NCBI GenBank assembly: GCA_002383415.1
Contig: DFYU01000117.1
Location: 18,292-78,110 of the forward strand
DNA length: 59,819 nt
Direction of reading: 5' to 3'
From: Geobacter sp. UBA4074
GTDB lineage: Bacteria; Desulfobacterota; Desulfuromonadia; Geobacterales; Pseudopelobacteraceae
The notes below the pieces were generated by a model, which was not told the DNA's origin, searched no databases, and saw only the letters and a list, made by a program, of their open reading frames with translations. Position 1 is the first letter of the stretch, and every line of letters starts with the position of its first letter. This document shows, piece after piece, positions 1 to 9,516 of this stretch. A program made the position numbers and the translations under genes.

Positions 1-158
1 GCGGTCTTGCCGGTGCCGGTCTGGGCCCCGGCCAACAGGTCACAGCCCTCGAAGATGACCGGTATCGCCTGGGCCTGAATCGGGGTCGGCGTGGTGTAGC
101 CGTGGGCAGCAATGGCGCGCAGCAGTTCAGGGCAAAGGCCGAGGGTTTCAAATGACAT
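1..158 (-). CDS. DEAD/DEAH-box RNA helicase (RhlE-like), N-terminal part; truncated at window edge
   Basis: Manual translation [53 protein letters not shown]-motif plus Walker A; AAGGAG RBS upstream. Confidence 0.93.
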   Translation of the reverse strand, partial: MSFETLGLCPELLRAIAAHGYTTPTPIQAQAIPVIFEGCDLLAGAQTGTGKT

Positions 159-379
159 GGGACGCTCCTTGAAAACAAAAACCACAGGGGTGGACCCTGT
201 GGTCGTATGCGTCGCAGCTATAGCACGGTATGCCCGTTCAGTGCAATCTCTTAGCAACCTTCACTATTTGTGACATGATCAGAGCCATTGTAACCGGACC
301 CGCGACCTGCTATAAGCGAAACGTGATGCAGTTAACCAGTCGCTTATCTGACTTCGCTGCCATCATCAGGAGACCACCG

Positions 380-1036
380 ATGACCATCCCGTCCGTTCCG
401 ACCAAAGGCCGCACCCTTGATTATGCCGCACCGGTTTACGACCTGCTGGAGCCACTCTGCCTGTTGAACAAGCAGGCGGTCTACGACCAGACCCTGCTTC
501 AGACCCTGGCCCCCCAACCGGGCGACACCATCCTCGACCTGGGCTGCGGCACCGGTCTGTTGTGCCAGAAGATCAGCGCACTGCTTGACCCGGCCCAGGG
601 TGGCTGCGTCACCGGTATCGACGCCGCCGGCACCATGATCGAAGCCGCCCGCGAAAAACGGGGCGCCCCCCACTGCCGCTTCGAGGCCATGGCCGCCGAA
701 CAGCTTGCATTTGAGGACGGCTCCTTTGACGCGGTCATCTCCAGCCTGTTCTATCACCACGTCCCCCTTGAGCTGAAACAGCAGAGCCTCAAGGAGGCGT
801 TCCGCGTGCTCAAGCCGGGCGGCAGGCTGGTAATCGCCGATATGCACAAGCCCACCACCCTGATGGGGGCGTTGGTCTCCCACGCCTCGCGCTGGCTGTT
901 CATGCAACCGCAGATCGGAGAAAACATCCGCGGCGTACTGCCGGAGCTGATGGTCGAGGCGGGCTTTCTGCCCCCGCAACAGGTGGCGCACTTCTTCGGC
1001 TATATCTCTGTGTTCGCAACCACCAAACCGGCGTGA
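380..1036 (+). CDS. Class I SAM-dependent methyltransferase (UbiE/Methyltransf_11-like)
   Basis: ILDLGCGTG motif I, FDAV, RVLKPGG; start moved to ATG 380 after AGGAGA RBS. Confidence 0.9.
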   Translation: MTIPSVPTKGRTLDYAAPVYDLLEPLCLLNKQAVYDQTLLQTLAPQPGDTILDLGCGTGLLCQKISALLDPAQGGCVTGIDAAGTMIEAAREKRGAPHCRFEAMAAEQLAFEDGSFDAVISSLFYHHVPLELKQQSLKEAFRVLKPGGRLVIADMHKPTTLMGALVSHASRWLFMQPQIGENIRGVLPELMVEAGFLPPQQVAHFFGYISVFATTKPA

Positions 1037-2019
1037 TCAACCCATTCGCCATCATCGGGCACTACGCCAAGGACCTCGGCACCCTGCAGTCCGAACTGCA
1101 GGCCGGCCTGCGGCGTTTCTGGGAGACGGCCGCCGTTACCCTGAACCACAGCACGATCCGGCTCACCCCGCCGGATGAACCGACGCTGTCGCTACCGCGC
1201 AACTTCTTCTCGACCCTGTTCCTCTACTCCTACTACCGCAGCGACATCCCCCCGCAGCGACGGATTCTCTACGCAGCGCTGAACCAATGCCTGCGCGGCA
1301 TGGTCACCGGCTGTGACAACATCCTCGACGACGAGTACAAGATCACCCTGGAGACCGACCTGCCAGGCCAGGCTCACCGTTTCCGTTCGGTACTCGACAT
1401 CATGGTGGCCGACCGGGTGCTGTTTACCCTGCTGACAGAGCACTGTCACGCCAACGGCCTGCCGGTCGAACGGGCGATTGAGGCCGCCAACGCCTCCCTG
1501 CAGGCCCTGGCCATGAGCGGCGCCCAGGAAGCCGCCGAAGAGGGCGGCATCAGCGAGCGGTTGCCACCGGCCGCCATCCTGACGGATATCCACCACTACA
1601 AAACCGGGATCCTGTTTCAATCGACCTGGGCCATTCCGACCCTCCTTGAAGGCCAGCTCTCACCGGTTGCCCACTCGGCCCGGCAGGCGCTGTACCAGAT
1701 CGGTATCGGCTGCCAGTTGCTGGACGATCTGGTGGACCTGTTCATTGACCTGCAGCAACAGCGGCACAACTACATGGCCTCGGTCATCTACCATAACGAG
1801 CCGCGTGAGACCTGGGACCAACTGCAGACCATGCTCGCCGCCGGCAACCCCCAGGATGACTTCTACGTGGCTCAACCGGAGCTTTTTCAGCGGATCAGGA
1901 GCGAGGCCCTGACCACCCTGGAAGGGGGCCTCAGCAGCCTGTTTTTTGACCGTCACCAGCAGGCGGTCCGCCCGGCAACCGCCTTTATTGCACGACGCAT
2001 CGGCGTAGAACCCGACTAA
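1033..2019 (+). CDS. Class 1 isoprenoid-synthase (terpene synthase/polyprenyl synthetase) fold protein
   Basis: Asp-rich motifs CDNILDDE and QLLDDLVD, and YKTG (KT motif); GTGA overlap with upstream gene. Confidence 0.7.
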   Translation: MINPFAIIGHYAKDLGTLQSELQAGLRRFWETAAVTLNHSTIRLTPPDEPTLSLPRNFFSTLFLYSYYRSDIPPQRRILYAALNQCLRGMVTGCDNILDDEYKITLETDLPGQAHRFRSVLDIMVADRVLFTLLTEHCHANGLPVERAIEAANASLQALAMSGAQEAAEEGGISERLPPAAILTDIHHYKTGILFQSTWAIPTLLEGQLSPVAHSARQALYQIGIGCQLLDDLVDLFIDLQQQRHNYMASVIYHNEPRETWDQLQTMLAAGNPQDDFYVAQPELFQRIRSEALTTLEGGLSSLFFDRHQQAVRPATAFIARRIGVEPD

Positions 2020-2043
2020 GCCACCAGATTCGGTACCAATACC

Positions 2044-3201
2044 ATGCGCTTTGCCTTTATCCTCAAAATCGCCACCCTGATCCTGCTACGCTCCTGGCGG
2101 GCCACCGCCGTGCTGTCGTTCATGGTGATCACGGCCGTGGCCGCGCTGGTCTTCCTCTCGGCGCTGGCGGTGGGCACCAACGACGCCATGATCCGCAACT
2201 CCACCGGCCTGTTCACGGGCCACATCAGCGCCAGCGGCATCAGCGCAAGCGATGCTGCCAAACTGCAGGTGGCCGGTGTGGAGCAGGTACTGTTGAGACG
2301 TCACCGTCCGGTGATCCTCAGCACCAGCAGCTCCCTTGAACCGGTAACCCTGCTGGGGATTGATCCGCTCCAGGAACAAAAGGCCACCGCCTTCTGGAAA
2401 AAAACCGTGCAGGGTCGCTATCCTGCAGCCAGCAGCCAGCAGATCTACCTCAGCCAGGACAGCGCCAAACGCCTCAAGCTGCAGGTCGGCGACAGGGTCA
2501 CCCTGCGCACGCACCAGTCCGTCGCCTTGAAGCAACTCACCGTAAGCGGCATCTACAAGACCGGCATCTCGCACCTCGACCAGGGACTGGCCTTCTGCCC
2601 GACAACGGCCCTGCCGCCCGGCGCACAGGAGCTGTCAGTGGCCCTGTTCCTGGCGGCTGAAGCGCCGATTGACGAGGTGGTCAGCACGTTGCGCACACGG
2701 CTGCCCACGGCCAGCGTTACCCCCTGGATGGAGTTCATGCCGGACCTGAAGCAGTTGATCGACCTGGACTACATCTGCATGGCGATCGTGATCACGCTGG
2801 TCTTCGCCATCGTCTCGGTCGGCATCTCCTGCACCTTCCTGATCTTCACCCTCAAAAACCTCCGTGAGCACGGCATCATGAAGGCCATGGGCTTCATGGC
2901 GGGCGACACCGCCCTGCTGCTGGTATCCCAGATCAGCCTGTTGACGGTCTTTGCCGCAACCGTCGGCACCCTGCTGGGCGTGCTGATTGTCACCGTCTTC
3001 GCCCAGATCGGCATCGACATTGGCGCCTTCACCTCCCACAACCAGTATTTTTCCGTCTCCGGCATGCTCTATCCGCGGCTGACCGGCCTGGCACTGTTCA
3101 CACCGCCGCTGGTGGCGGTGGTGTTCGGACTGGCGGCCGCTATCTGGCCGATCGTCACCATCATCCGCAAAAACCCGGCGGACATCCTGCGGAGCGTCTG
3201 A
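2044..3201 (+). CDS. ABC transporter permease, FtsX/LolC-E/MacB family
   Basis: One N-terminal TM, large periplasmic domain, three C-terminal TMs; REHGIMKAMG and NPADILR motifs. Confidence 0.88.
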   Translation: MRFAFILKIATLILLRSWRATAVLSFMVITAVAALVFLSALAVGTNDAMIRNSTGLFTGHISASGISASDAAKLQVAGVEQVLLRRHRPVILSTSSSLEPVTLLGIDPLQEQKATAFWKKTVQGRYPAASSQQIYLSQDSAKRLKLQVGDRVTLRTHQSVALKQLTVSGIYKTGISHLDQGLAFCPTTALPPGAQELSVALFLAAEAPIDEVVSTLRTRLPTASVTPWMEFMPDLKQLIDLDYICMAIVITLVFAIVSVGISCTFLIFTLKNLREHGIMKAMGFMAGDTALLLVSQISLLTVFAATVGTLLGVLIVTVFAQIGIDIGAFTSHNQYFSVSGMLYPRLTGLALFTPPLVAVVFGLAAAIWPIVTIIRKNPADILRSV

Positions 3202-3204
3202 GCC

Positions 3205-3891
3205 ATGATCACCATCTCCTCCCTATCCAAGCAGTATGTCTCCGGGCGCGGGCATGTCTCGGCGCTGAGCGATATCTCCTTTTCCGTAGCGCACGGCCGG
3301 GGCGTGATCCTGGCCGGCAAGTCGGGATCGGGCAAGACCACTCTCTTGAACTGCATCGGCACCCTGGAAACACCCGACAGCGGCTCGATCATCTGCAACG
3401 GCATCGACATCTGCACACTCAACGCCCGCCAACGGGCACTCTTCAGGCGCAGAGAGGTCAGCTTCGTCTTCCAGTCCGGCAACCTGCTGCCCTGGCTGAC
3501 GGTGGCTGAAAACCTGCAACTGCCGCTGGAACTGAACGCCGTCACCGGCGCAGACCAACAGCACCGCATCGAGGAGCTGCTGGACACCTTTGGCCTGGCC
3601 GGCTACGAAAAGGCCATGCCGGCCGAGCTTTCGGGGGGAGAATCGCAGCGGATTGCCTTTGCGCGAGCCATCGCCCATACCCCTTCGATCCTGTTGGCCG
3701 ACGAACCGACCGCCAGCCTCGACTCGGACAACGGCCGCCAGCTGATCGAACTGATGTTCTCGCTCTGCCACACCAAGGGGATGTGCCTGTTCATCGCCAC
3801 CCACGACCAGGAATTGCTGGGCATGGCCGAGACCGTGATCGCCCTCAAAGACGGCAAGATGCTGCCACCTGCGCCGGCACCGGCCGGCTGA
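3205..3891 (+). CDS. ABC transporter ATP-binding protein, LolD/MacB-like
   Basis: GKSGSGKT, LSGGESQR, LLADEPTASLD, THD. Confidence 0.95.
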   Translation: MITISSLSKQYVSGRGHVSALSDISFSVAHGRGVILAGKSGSGKTTLLNCIGTLETPDSGSIICNGIDICTLNARQRALFRRREVSFVFQSGNLLPWLTVAENLQLPLELNAVTGADQQHRIEELLDTFGLAGYEKAMPAELSGGESQRIAFARAIAHTPSILLADEPTASLDSDNGRQLIELMFSLCHTKGMCLFIATHDQELLGMAETVIALKDGKMLPPAPAPAG

Positions 3892-3897
3892 CCCCCC

Positions 3898-4413
3898 ATG
3901 CCGCTCTTCCACAACGATATCTGGCGACAGCAGATCGGTGCCACCCTCTTGTACTGGGGGCTGCTGCCGTCACTGGTGCTGGGGCTGGGGCTGGGGCTGG
4001 ACCGGCTACTGGGACTCCAGCCCCAGCCGAACGCCCCCTGGCTGATCACGATCAGCCTCGTGCTGTTGGCTGCTGGCCTGACCCTGGTCTGCTGGTCCAC
4101 CAGCGACCTGCACCGATTCGGCGCAGGCACCCCCAGCCCGCTGCGCCCGGCCAAACGGCTGATCATGGAGGGCAGCTACCGTCTCTGCCGCCACCCGATG
4201 TTCCTCGGCTACGACCTGATGCTGCTGGCGGCCATCCTGCTGCTCAGATCAACGACGGCCCTGATGGTCAGCTACCCCTTGTTTCTAATCTGGTCCCTGC
4301 TGTTGCTGCGCAAGGAGGAACGGATCCTGGCGCTGCGCTTCAAGGAAGAATACCGCCGCTACCAGCACGAGGTCCCCTTCCTGCTGCCCCGCCTTAGACG
4401 CACCAAACCCTGA
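3898..4413 (+). CDS. Isoprenylcysteine carboxyl methyltransferase (ICMT)/PEMT family membrane protein
   Basis: GTPSP...LIMEGSYRLCRHPMF...EE..L...F.EEY..Y...VP signature; several TM helices. Confidence 0.85.
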   Translation: MPLFHNDIWRQQIGATLLYWGLLPSLVLGLGLGLDRLLGLQPQPNAPWLITISLVLLAAGLTLVCWSTSDLHRFGAGTPSPLRPAKRLIMEGSYRLCRHPMFLGYDLMLLAAILLLRSTTALMVSYPLFLIWSLLLLRKEERILALRFKEEYRRYQHEVPFLLPRLRRTKP

Positions 4414-4501
4414 ACCAGCAACGGCTGCCCGACCTGTTTGACAGCCAGGCAACAAGGGATAGACTTAAGAGGCATCAGGCATATCTGTCAGGGGGGAGAC
4501 T

Positions 4502-5419
4502 ATGTGCAAACTACGTGGTGGTGTGATCATACTCTGGTTGTTGATCTGCTTGACGGCTACCAGCGTCTCGGCCGAGGTCAACGTCGGCATCGGCATCAGC
4601 CTGCCCAGCGTCAGCATCGGTATCAACCTGCCGCTGTTTCCGCAACTGGTGGCGGTGCCGGGCTACCCGGTCTATTATGCGCCGGACGTGGCAACCAACT
4701 ACTTCTTCTACGACGGCCTGTACTGGGTCTACCAGGACGACTACTGGTACGCCAGCAACTGGTACAACGGCCCTTGGTGGACGGTGGACCCCTGGGATGT
4801 GCCGCTCTACATCCTGCGGATCCCGGTGCGCTACTACCGCTATCCGCCGCCCTACTTCCACGGCTGGCGACATGACGAACCGCCCCGTTGGGGCCTGCAC
4901 TGGGGATCACAGTGGGAACAGCAACGCAAGGGCTGGAACCGCTGGAACCGTCACGCCGTGCCGCCACGGGCACCACTGCCCAGCTATCAGCGCCAGTATG
5001 CAGGCGAACGCTATCCGCAGCGGCCAGAGCAGCAACAGCGTCTGCATCAGCAGCATTACCGCTACCAGCCCCGCACCAAGGCCGTTCGGCAGCAGTATCT
5101 GTATCAGCAGCAGCACCAGCAACAACGCCGGCATGATACTCAGCCGGAAAGAATGCAGGTAACCCCGGACCGTCCTCAGCAGGTGTGGCAGGAACAGCCC
5201 CAGCCAAGGGGGCCGCAACAACAGCAACCAGCCGTGCAACAGCCGCCACCGGTCAAGCAGGTCCGGCCGCCCGGACCAGAGATGCAGCAGCGCTACCCCT
5301 CCCAACCCAGCTATCAGCAGCGGGGACCAGCGCCGTCAGAACAACGCCCCCACGGCAAGGAGCCGCGTTGGCAGCCCAACCAGGGGTCAGGACAACCGGA
5401 GCGGGGGTTTGCCCGCTAG
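4502..5419 (+). CDS. Secreted hypothetical protein with Tyr/Trp-rich domain and Gln/Pro-rich tail
   Basis: Signal peptide, aromatic-rich core, low-complexity C-terminus; GGAG RBS. Confidence 0.75.
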   Translation: MCKLRGGVIILWLLICLTATSVSAEVNVGIGISLPSVSIGINLPLFPQLVAVPGYPVYYAPDVATNYFFYDGLYWVYQDDYWYASNWYNGPWWTVDPWDVPLYILRIPVRYYRYPPPYFHGWRHDEPPRWGLHWGSQWEQQRKGWNRWNRHAVPPRAPLPSYQRQYAGERYPQRPEQQQRLHQQHYRYQPRTKAVRQQYLYQQQHQQQRRHDTQPERMQVTPDRPQQVWQEQPQPRGPQQQQPAVQQPPPVKQVRPPGPEMQQRYPSQPSYQQRGPAPSEQRPHGKEPRWQPNQGSGQPERGFAR

Positions 5420-5443
5420 TTGCCACACCATAACTAGATACAA

Positions 5444-5480
5444 AACAGACAAGGCGGCCCATTGGCCGCCTTGTCTGTTT
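5444..5480. terminator. Bidirectional hairpin containing palindrome-repeat copy 1
   Basis: AACAGACAAGGCGGCC-CATT-GGCCGCCTTGTCTGTTT between convergent genes. Confidence 0.8.
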
Positions 5481-5526
5481 ACAACCTGCCCGGACCTGAG
5501 CCGAGCACTATACAACTGCACTATCC

Positions 5527-6138
5527 CTAAAAAATTTCCTTGATAAACTCAGCCAGCTCCTCGCCTTCATCCTCAGCCTGGATCACGAAGGCTCTGGTCA
5601 TATTGCCGCTGCCCAAGGACGTACCTTCGCCACCGGAGCGCACATCCTTGATCTTGACCAGCACCTTGCCGGTCGTGGCATCAACCAGTTCAGCATCGAT
5701 CGAGATGTTGGTCTTGGCGCCCTTGGGGGCCATCACGCCCAGGAACCACTTGGCAGCGCCGACTCCGCCGTTGAAACGGGTGATCTTGCCACGCAGGATC
5801 AGCGCATTGGCCTTAGCGGAACCGTTGGCCTCGACCCTCTTAAAGATATTGTGCTCCTTGAGATGCTTGACCGTACTGTCAGTTAGCATCCGCACGATAT
5901 CCTTTTCTGCGGCCTTCAGCAGCTGCTTTTCTTCATCATCAATATTGACGATCTCTGCGTCCTTGGAGGAAAAATCCTTGACCACAATGGCCGAATAGTT
6001 GGTACCCAGGCGTTCGGTGATCAGTATCTCTTCTTCGTCAAAGTTTCCAGGCTTGGGCAGCGCATCGGCCGCCAATACCGGGCAGGCGAACAGGGTAGCA
6101 GTAACCAGCAGGGCCAACAGGGTGAACATCCGTTGCAT
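5527..6138 (-). CDS. Exported protein, DUF4410-like
   Basis: Signal peptide; LILRGKITRFNGG..AAKWFLG and VDATTGKVL motifs; GGAGGT RBS. Confidence 0.7.
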   Translation of the reverse strand: MQRMFTLLALLVTATLFACPVLAADALPKPGNFDEEEILITERLGTNYSAIVVKDFSSKDAEIVNIDDEEKQLLKAAEKDIVRMLTDSTVKHLKEHNIFKRVEANGSAKANALILRGKITRFNGGVGAAKWFLGVMAPKGAKTNISIDAELVDATTGKVLVKIKDVRSGGEGTSLGSGNMTRAFVIQAEDEGEELAEFIKEIF

Positions 6139-6312
6139 GTGTACCTCCAGTGGTGGGTGTTAACGCGCTCTGCAGCAGCGTCTGGTCAGACAGTATACCC
6201 ACTTGCGGCGACTTGGCAATCATCCATCTGAACGCAAAGCGCGTCACTTGACGGAGCCCTGTTCCGCACTTATATTCCCAGCACGGTACTATTACGACGG
6301 AGGTACACCACC

Positions 6313-7113
6313 ATGGCGATGGATGTGATCGATTACACGATAGTCGGTTCGGAGATGCAGTTCGTAGAGATGGAACTGGACCCGGGCGAGGCGGCCATTG
6401 GCGAAGCCGGGGCGATGATGTACATGCAGGACGGCATCCAGATGGACACCGTCTTTGGCGACGGCTCACAACAGGCAAGCGGCCTGATGGGCAAACTGCT
6501 GGGGGCCGGCAAACGACTGCTGACCGGCGAGAGCCTCTTCACCACCGTCTTCCACAACGAAGGTCAGGGCAAGCGGCGGGTGGCCTTCGCAGCCCCCTAT
6601 CCGGGCAAGATCATCCCGGTGGACCTGAGTCAGATCGGCGGCGCCCTGATCTGCCAGAAGGACTCCTTCCTCTGCGCAGCCAAAGGGGTCTCGTTGGGAA
6701 TCGCCTTCCAGAAGAAGCTGGGTGCCGGCCTGTTTGGCGGCGAGGGCTTCATCATGCAGCGGCTGGATGGTGACGGCATGGCCTTTGTCCACGCCGGAGG
6801 AACCCTGCAGGAACAGGTGCTGGCCCCCGGCGAGACCCTGCGGGTGGATACCGGCTGCGTGGTGGCCTTCCAGCCCAGCGTTGATTTCGACATCCAGTTC
6901 GTTGGCAAGATCAAGTCGGCCATCTTCGGCGGCGAAGGGCTGTTCTTTGCAACCCTGCGGGGTCCCGGCAAGATATGGCTGCAGTCCCTGCCCCTGTCGC
7001 GGCTGGCCAACCGGATCATCATGTCGGCGCCGGCGGCCGGTGGACGCTCCACCGACCAGGGTTCGTTGCTGGGCGCCGGCATCCTGGGCGGCATCCTGGG
7101 AAGCGACGACTGA
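6313..7113 (+). CDS. TIGR00266/AIM24 family protein
   Basis: [33 protein letters not shown] repeats. Confidence 0.92.
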   Translation: MAMDVIDYTIVGSEMQFVEMELDPGEAAIGEAGAMMYMQDGIQMDTVFGDGSQQASGLMGKLLGAGKRLLTGESLFTTVFHNEGQGKRRVAFAAPYPGKIIPVDLSQIGGALICQKDSFLCAAKGVSLGIAFQKKLGAGLFGGEGFIMQRLDGDGMAFVHAGGTLQEQVLAPGETLRVDTGCVVAFQPSVDFDIQFVGKIKSAIFGGEGLFFATLRGPGKIWLQSLPLSRLANRIIMSAPAAGGRSTDQGSLLGAGILGGILGSDD

Positions 7114-8219
7114 TGCACGGGTCGCAGTTTCAGGGCCGGCTGTTCGGACCCGGCCTGCCCGGTGCAGGCATCGCGGCCAGCGGACAGTGGGACGCCCTCG
7201 GCCGGCTGCGGGTGACGCCGCATGAATCCGGACAGGCTGAACGCTGTGCCGACCGGCCGGAGATTGCGGCCGCCGGTTTCAACAACGCCAGCCTGCGACT
7301 CAGCTGGCAGCAGCCAGAAGGCGCCTACGCCCTGGTGGTCGATGGCGTTGACGACCGCAGCCGGTGTGCAGCCACGGCGCCTGAACACTGCAACCGTCAA
7401 CTGGCCGCTGCCGTTCGTCAGCCAGACACGCTGGAACGCCGCTTCAGGCTGGGCTGGGGCCTGCTGGCTCTGGTACTGCTGATGCCACTTTTGGGGCTGG
7501 TCCTGTTCCTGCTGAACGCCGACCGCGTGGCCGACTGGGTGGTGGATAAAATTCCGGTAGCTCAGGAGGCCCGGTTGGGTGAGCTGGTGCTGGCCCAGAC
7601 CCGCCTGCAGATGAAGCTGATCGACCGCGGCCCGGCAGTAGAGGCGCTGGCCGTCATCGGCGGCAGACTCACCGAAGGCTCGGTCCACCGCTACCGCTGG
7701 TTCGTGGCCGAACGCCCCGAGGTGAATGCCTTTGCCGCGCCGGGCGGCGTCGTGGTGGTCTTCAGCGGCCTGCTTACCTCTGCCGCAACAGCCGAAGAAC
7801 TGGCCGGCGTTCTGGCCCACGAGGTGGCCCATGCCGAACTGCGCCACAGCCTGCGGGGCATGGTCAAGGGGCTGGGGCTGCGGGCCCTGGTGGCGCTGTT
7901 AGCGGGGGACATCTCCGACAACGTGCTGACCGGCGCCGCCACCCGTCTGACTGAACTGCGCTTCTCCCGCGACGCCGAGCGGGAGGCTGACGCCAACGGC
8001 CTGCAACGACTGGTGACCGCCCACATCTCCCCCCACGGCATGGTCCGTTTTTACGAGCGACTGGCTACGGAGCAGCGACCCACGCCGCCGGCCCTGCTCT
8101 CCACCCATCCGGCCAGCGGCGAACGGCTGGACTGGCTACGCCGCGAGGTTGCGGCCTTAAAGGGGCCGTGGCAGCCGCTACCGGTTAACCTGCAGCGGGC
8201 CACAGCCTCGCTGCGCTGA
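7113..8219 (+). CDS. M48 family zinc metallopeptidase
   Basis: NAFAAPGG, HEVAH, FSRDAEREAD, STHP; start at TGATG overlap. Confidence 0.9.
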   Translation: MHGSQFQGRLFGPGLPGAGIAASGQWDALGRLRVTPHESGQAERCADRPEIAAAGFNNASLRLSWQQPEGAYALVVDGVDDRSRCAATAPEHCNRQLAAAVRQPDTLERRFRLGWGLLALVLLMPLLGLVLFLLNADRVADWVVDKIPVAQEARLGELVLAQTRLQMKLIDRGPAVEALAVIGGRLTEGSVHRYRWFVAERPEVNAFAAPGGVVVVFSGLLTSAATAEELAGVLAHEVAHAELRHSLRGMVKGLGLRALVALLAGDISDNVLTGAATRLTELRFSRDAEREADANGLQRLVTAHISPHGMVRFYERLATEQRPTPPALLSTHPASGERLDWLRREVAALKGPWQPLPVNLQRATASLR

Positions 8220-8241
8220 GCTTTTCTGACCCCCGAAACAG

Positions 8242-8267
8242 CACAGGCGGCCGATTGGCCGCCTGTG
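8242..8267. repeat. Palindrome-repeat copy 2 (likely terminator)
   Basis: CACAGGCGGCCGATTGGCCGCCTGTG between convergent genes. Confidence 0.8.
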
Positions 8268-8307
8268 AACTGAAATGCAAGCTGCCAGCTGCTCAGCCCC
8301 CTACGGA

Positions 8308-8523
8308 TCAGCGTTTGAACAGCAGAAAAACTCCGGCGACGATACCTGCTGCGCCGCCAATGTAACGGTACATCACACCATCGGGGGCAGCCCCGGTGAT
8401 GGCGCGGGTCAATTGAGCCGTAACCGCCCCGGACATCTGATAGCCCCAAAACACCAGACCGACACCAACCACCAGCAGTACCAGACCAACAGCCTTTAAA
8501 ACCGTCTGTGTTTGTGCACTCAT
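8308..8523 (-). CDS. Small membrane protein, DUF3185-like
   Basis: 71 aa, two TM helices, GGAGGAG RBS. Confidence 0.75.
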   Translation of the reverse strand: MSAQTQTVLKAVGLVLLVVGVGLVFWGYQMSGAVTAQLTRAITGAAPDGVMYRYIGGAAGIVAGVFLLFKR

Positions 8524-8623
8524 ACAGTACGCTCCTCCATCTCTTCAGATTTACAGCCGCCCGGAACAGCGAGGCACCATCTTTGCCACAACAGACCTCG
8601 ACTAGCTGCCGCACTCACCGCCC

Positions 8624-8845
8624 CTATGCGCCGATCCGCTGAAAGCGCGGCACCTGCTGACCGTCCAGTTCAACGTTCTCCATAAACATCACCACGGGGC
8701 GTACCCAGAGTGAATTGTTGTCGTACAGGCAGCGATAGACCACCAGCAGTTCGTCGGTTTCGCTGTGGCGGGCCGTACCCAGCACCCGGTACTGGCCCCC
8801 CTTGTAGTGCCGGTACAGTCCCGGCTCAGGTTGCAGGATGTTCAT
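8624..8845 (-). CDS. DUF1653 family protein
   Basis: GLYRHYKGGQY...ARHSET..LVVYRCLY...WVRP...RF signature. Confidence 0.9.
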   Translation of the reverse strand: MNILQPEPGLYRHYKGGQYRVLGTARHSETDELLVVYRCLYDNNSLWVRPVVMFMENVELDGQQVPRFQRIGA

Positions 8846-8849
8846 ACGA

Positions 8850-9362
8850 TCAGCGCCGGCTCTTACGCTTTTTGGGTGCTGCCGGTACTGATTTGAATTC
8901 AGATTCATAGCCCACCGTGAACGATAGTGCGCCGTCGTTACGCATACTCATGAAATGGGCATTGTTGGTATCGAAGAGACAGATCGGCTGGCTGCAGGGC
9001 TCAAAACCGAAACGCTGGTAGTAGGCCGGCTCACCCAGCACAAACAACGTCTGGCTCTTGATCGACTCCTGACGCAGGGCGAAGTTGAGCAGTTCCGTGC
9101 CGACTCCCTGGCGCTGAAAATCCGGCGCCACCGCCATCGGCGCCAGGTGCAGACCGCAGACCTGTCTGCCATGGAAGGCGTTGGAAAAGGCGACGTAGCC
9201 GATTACCTTGTTGGTATGGATGCAGACCCACTCCTGCAGCGGCTTGTTGTGTTCGTGCAGCTGCTGCACCAGGGCCGTCTCGTAGGCGCTGCCGGGAAAG
9301 GCCCGCTGCAGCAGGGCGTAGACCTTGGGGCGGTGTTCGTTGGTTACTTTCTGAATCTTCAT
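8850..9362 (-). CDS. GNAT family N-acetyltransferase (YhbS-like)
   Basis: LAPMAVAPDFQRQGVG, VLGEPAYYQRFGF. Confidence 0.9.
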   Translation of the reverse strand: MKIQKVTNEHRPKVYALLQRAFPGSAYETALVQQLHEHNKPLQEWVCIHTNKVIGYVAFSNAFHGRQVCGLHLAPMAVAPDFQRQGVGTELLNFALRQESIKSQTLFVLGEPAYYQRFGFEPCSQPICLFDTNNAHFMSMRNDGALSFTVGYESEFKSVPAAPKKRKSRR

Positions 9363-9516
9363 GGTTCCATTACTCCGGTGGCGTGGTGGCACTGCTCAGG
9401 TATGTAGCACAATCGGCGTCCCAGGGCATGTAAAACCATGCATTTGCTACCTTCAGTTGCCATACTTCAGCGATTCAGCTACTATCGCGCCAGTTTTTAC
9501 CCAACAAGGAGCCCCT

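Noticed and set aside
3976..4000. GCTGGG hexamer tandem repeat in the ICMT-like gene as a phase-variation tract
   Set aside because: The 6-nt unit keeps frame (LGLGLGL) and the copy number is low.
6225..6260. ACGCAAAGC as part of a GEMM-I (c-di-GMP/cGAMP) riboswitch
   Set aside because: The upstream GGCAAA/GAAA P2 stem and GGG context are absent.
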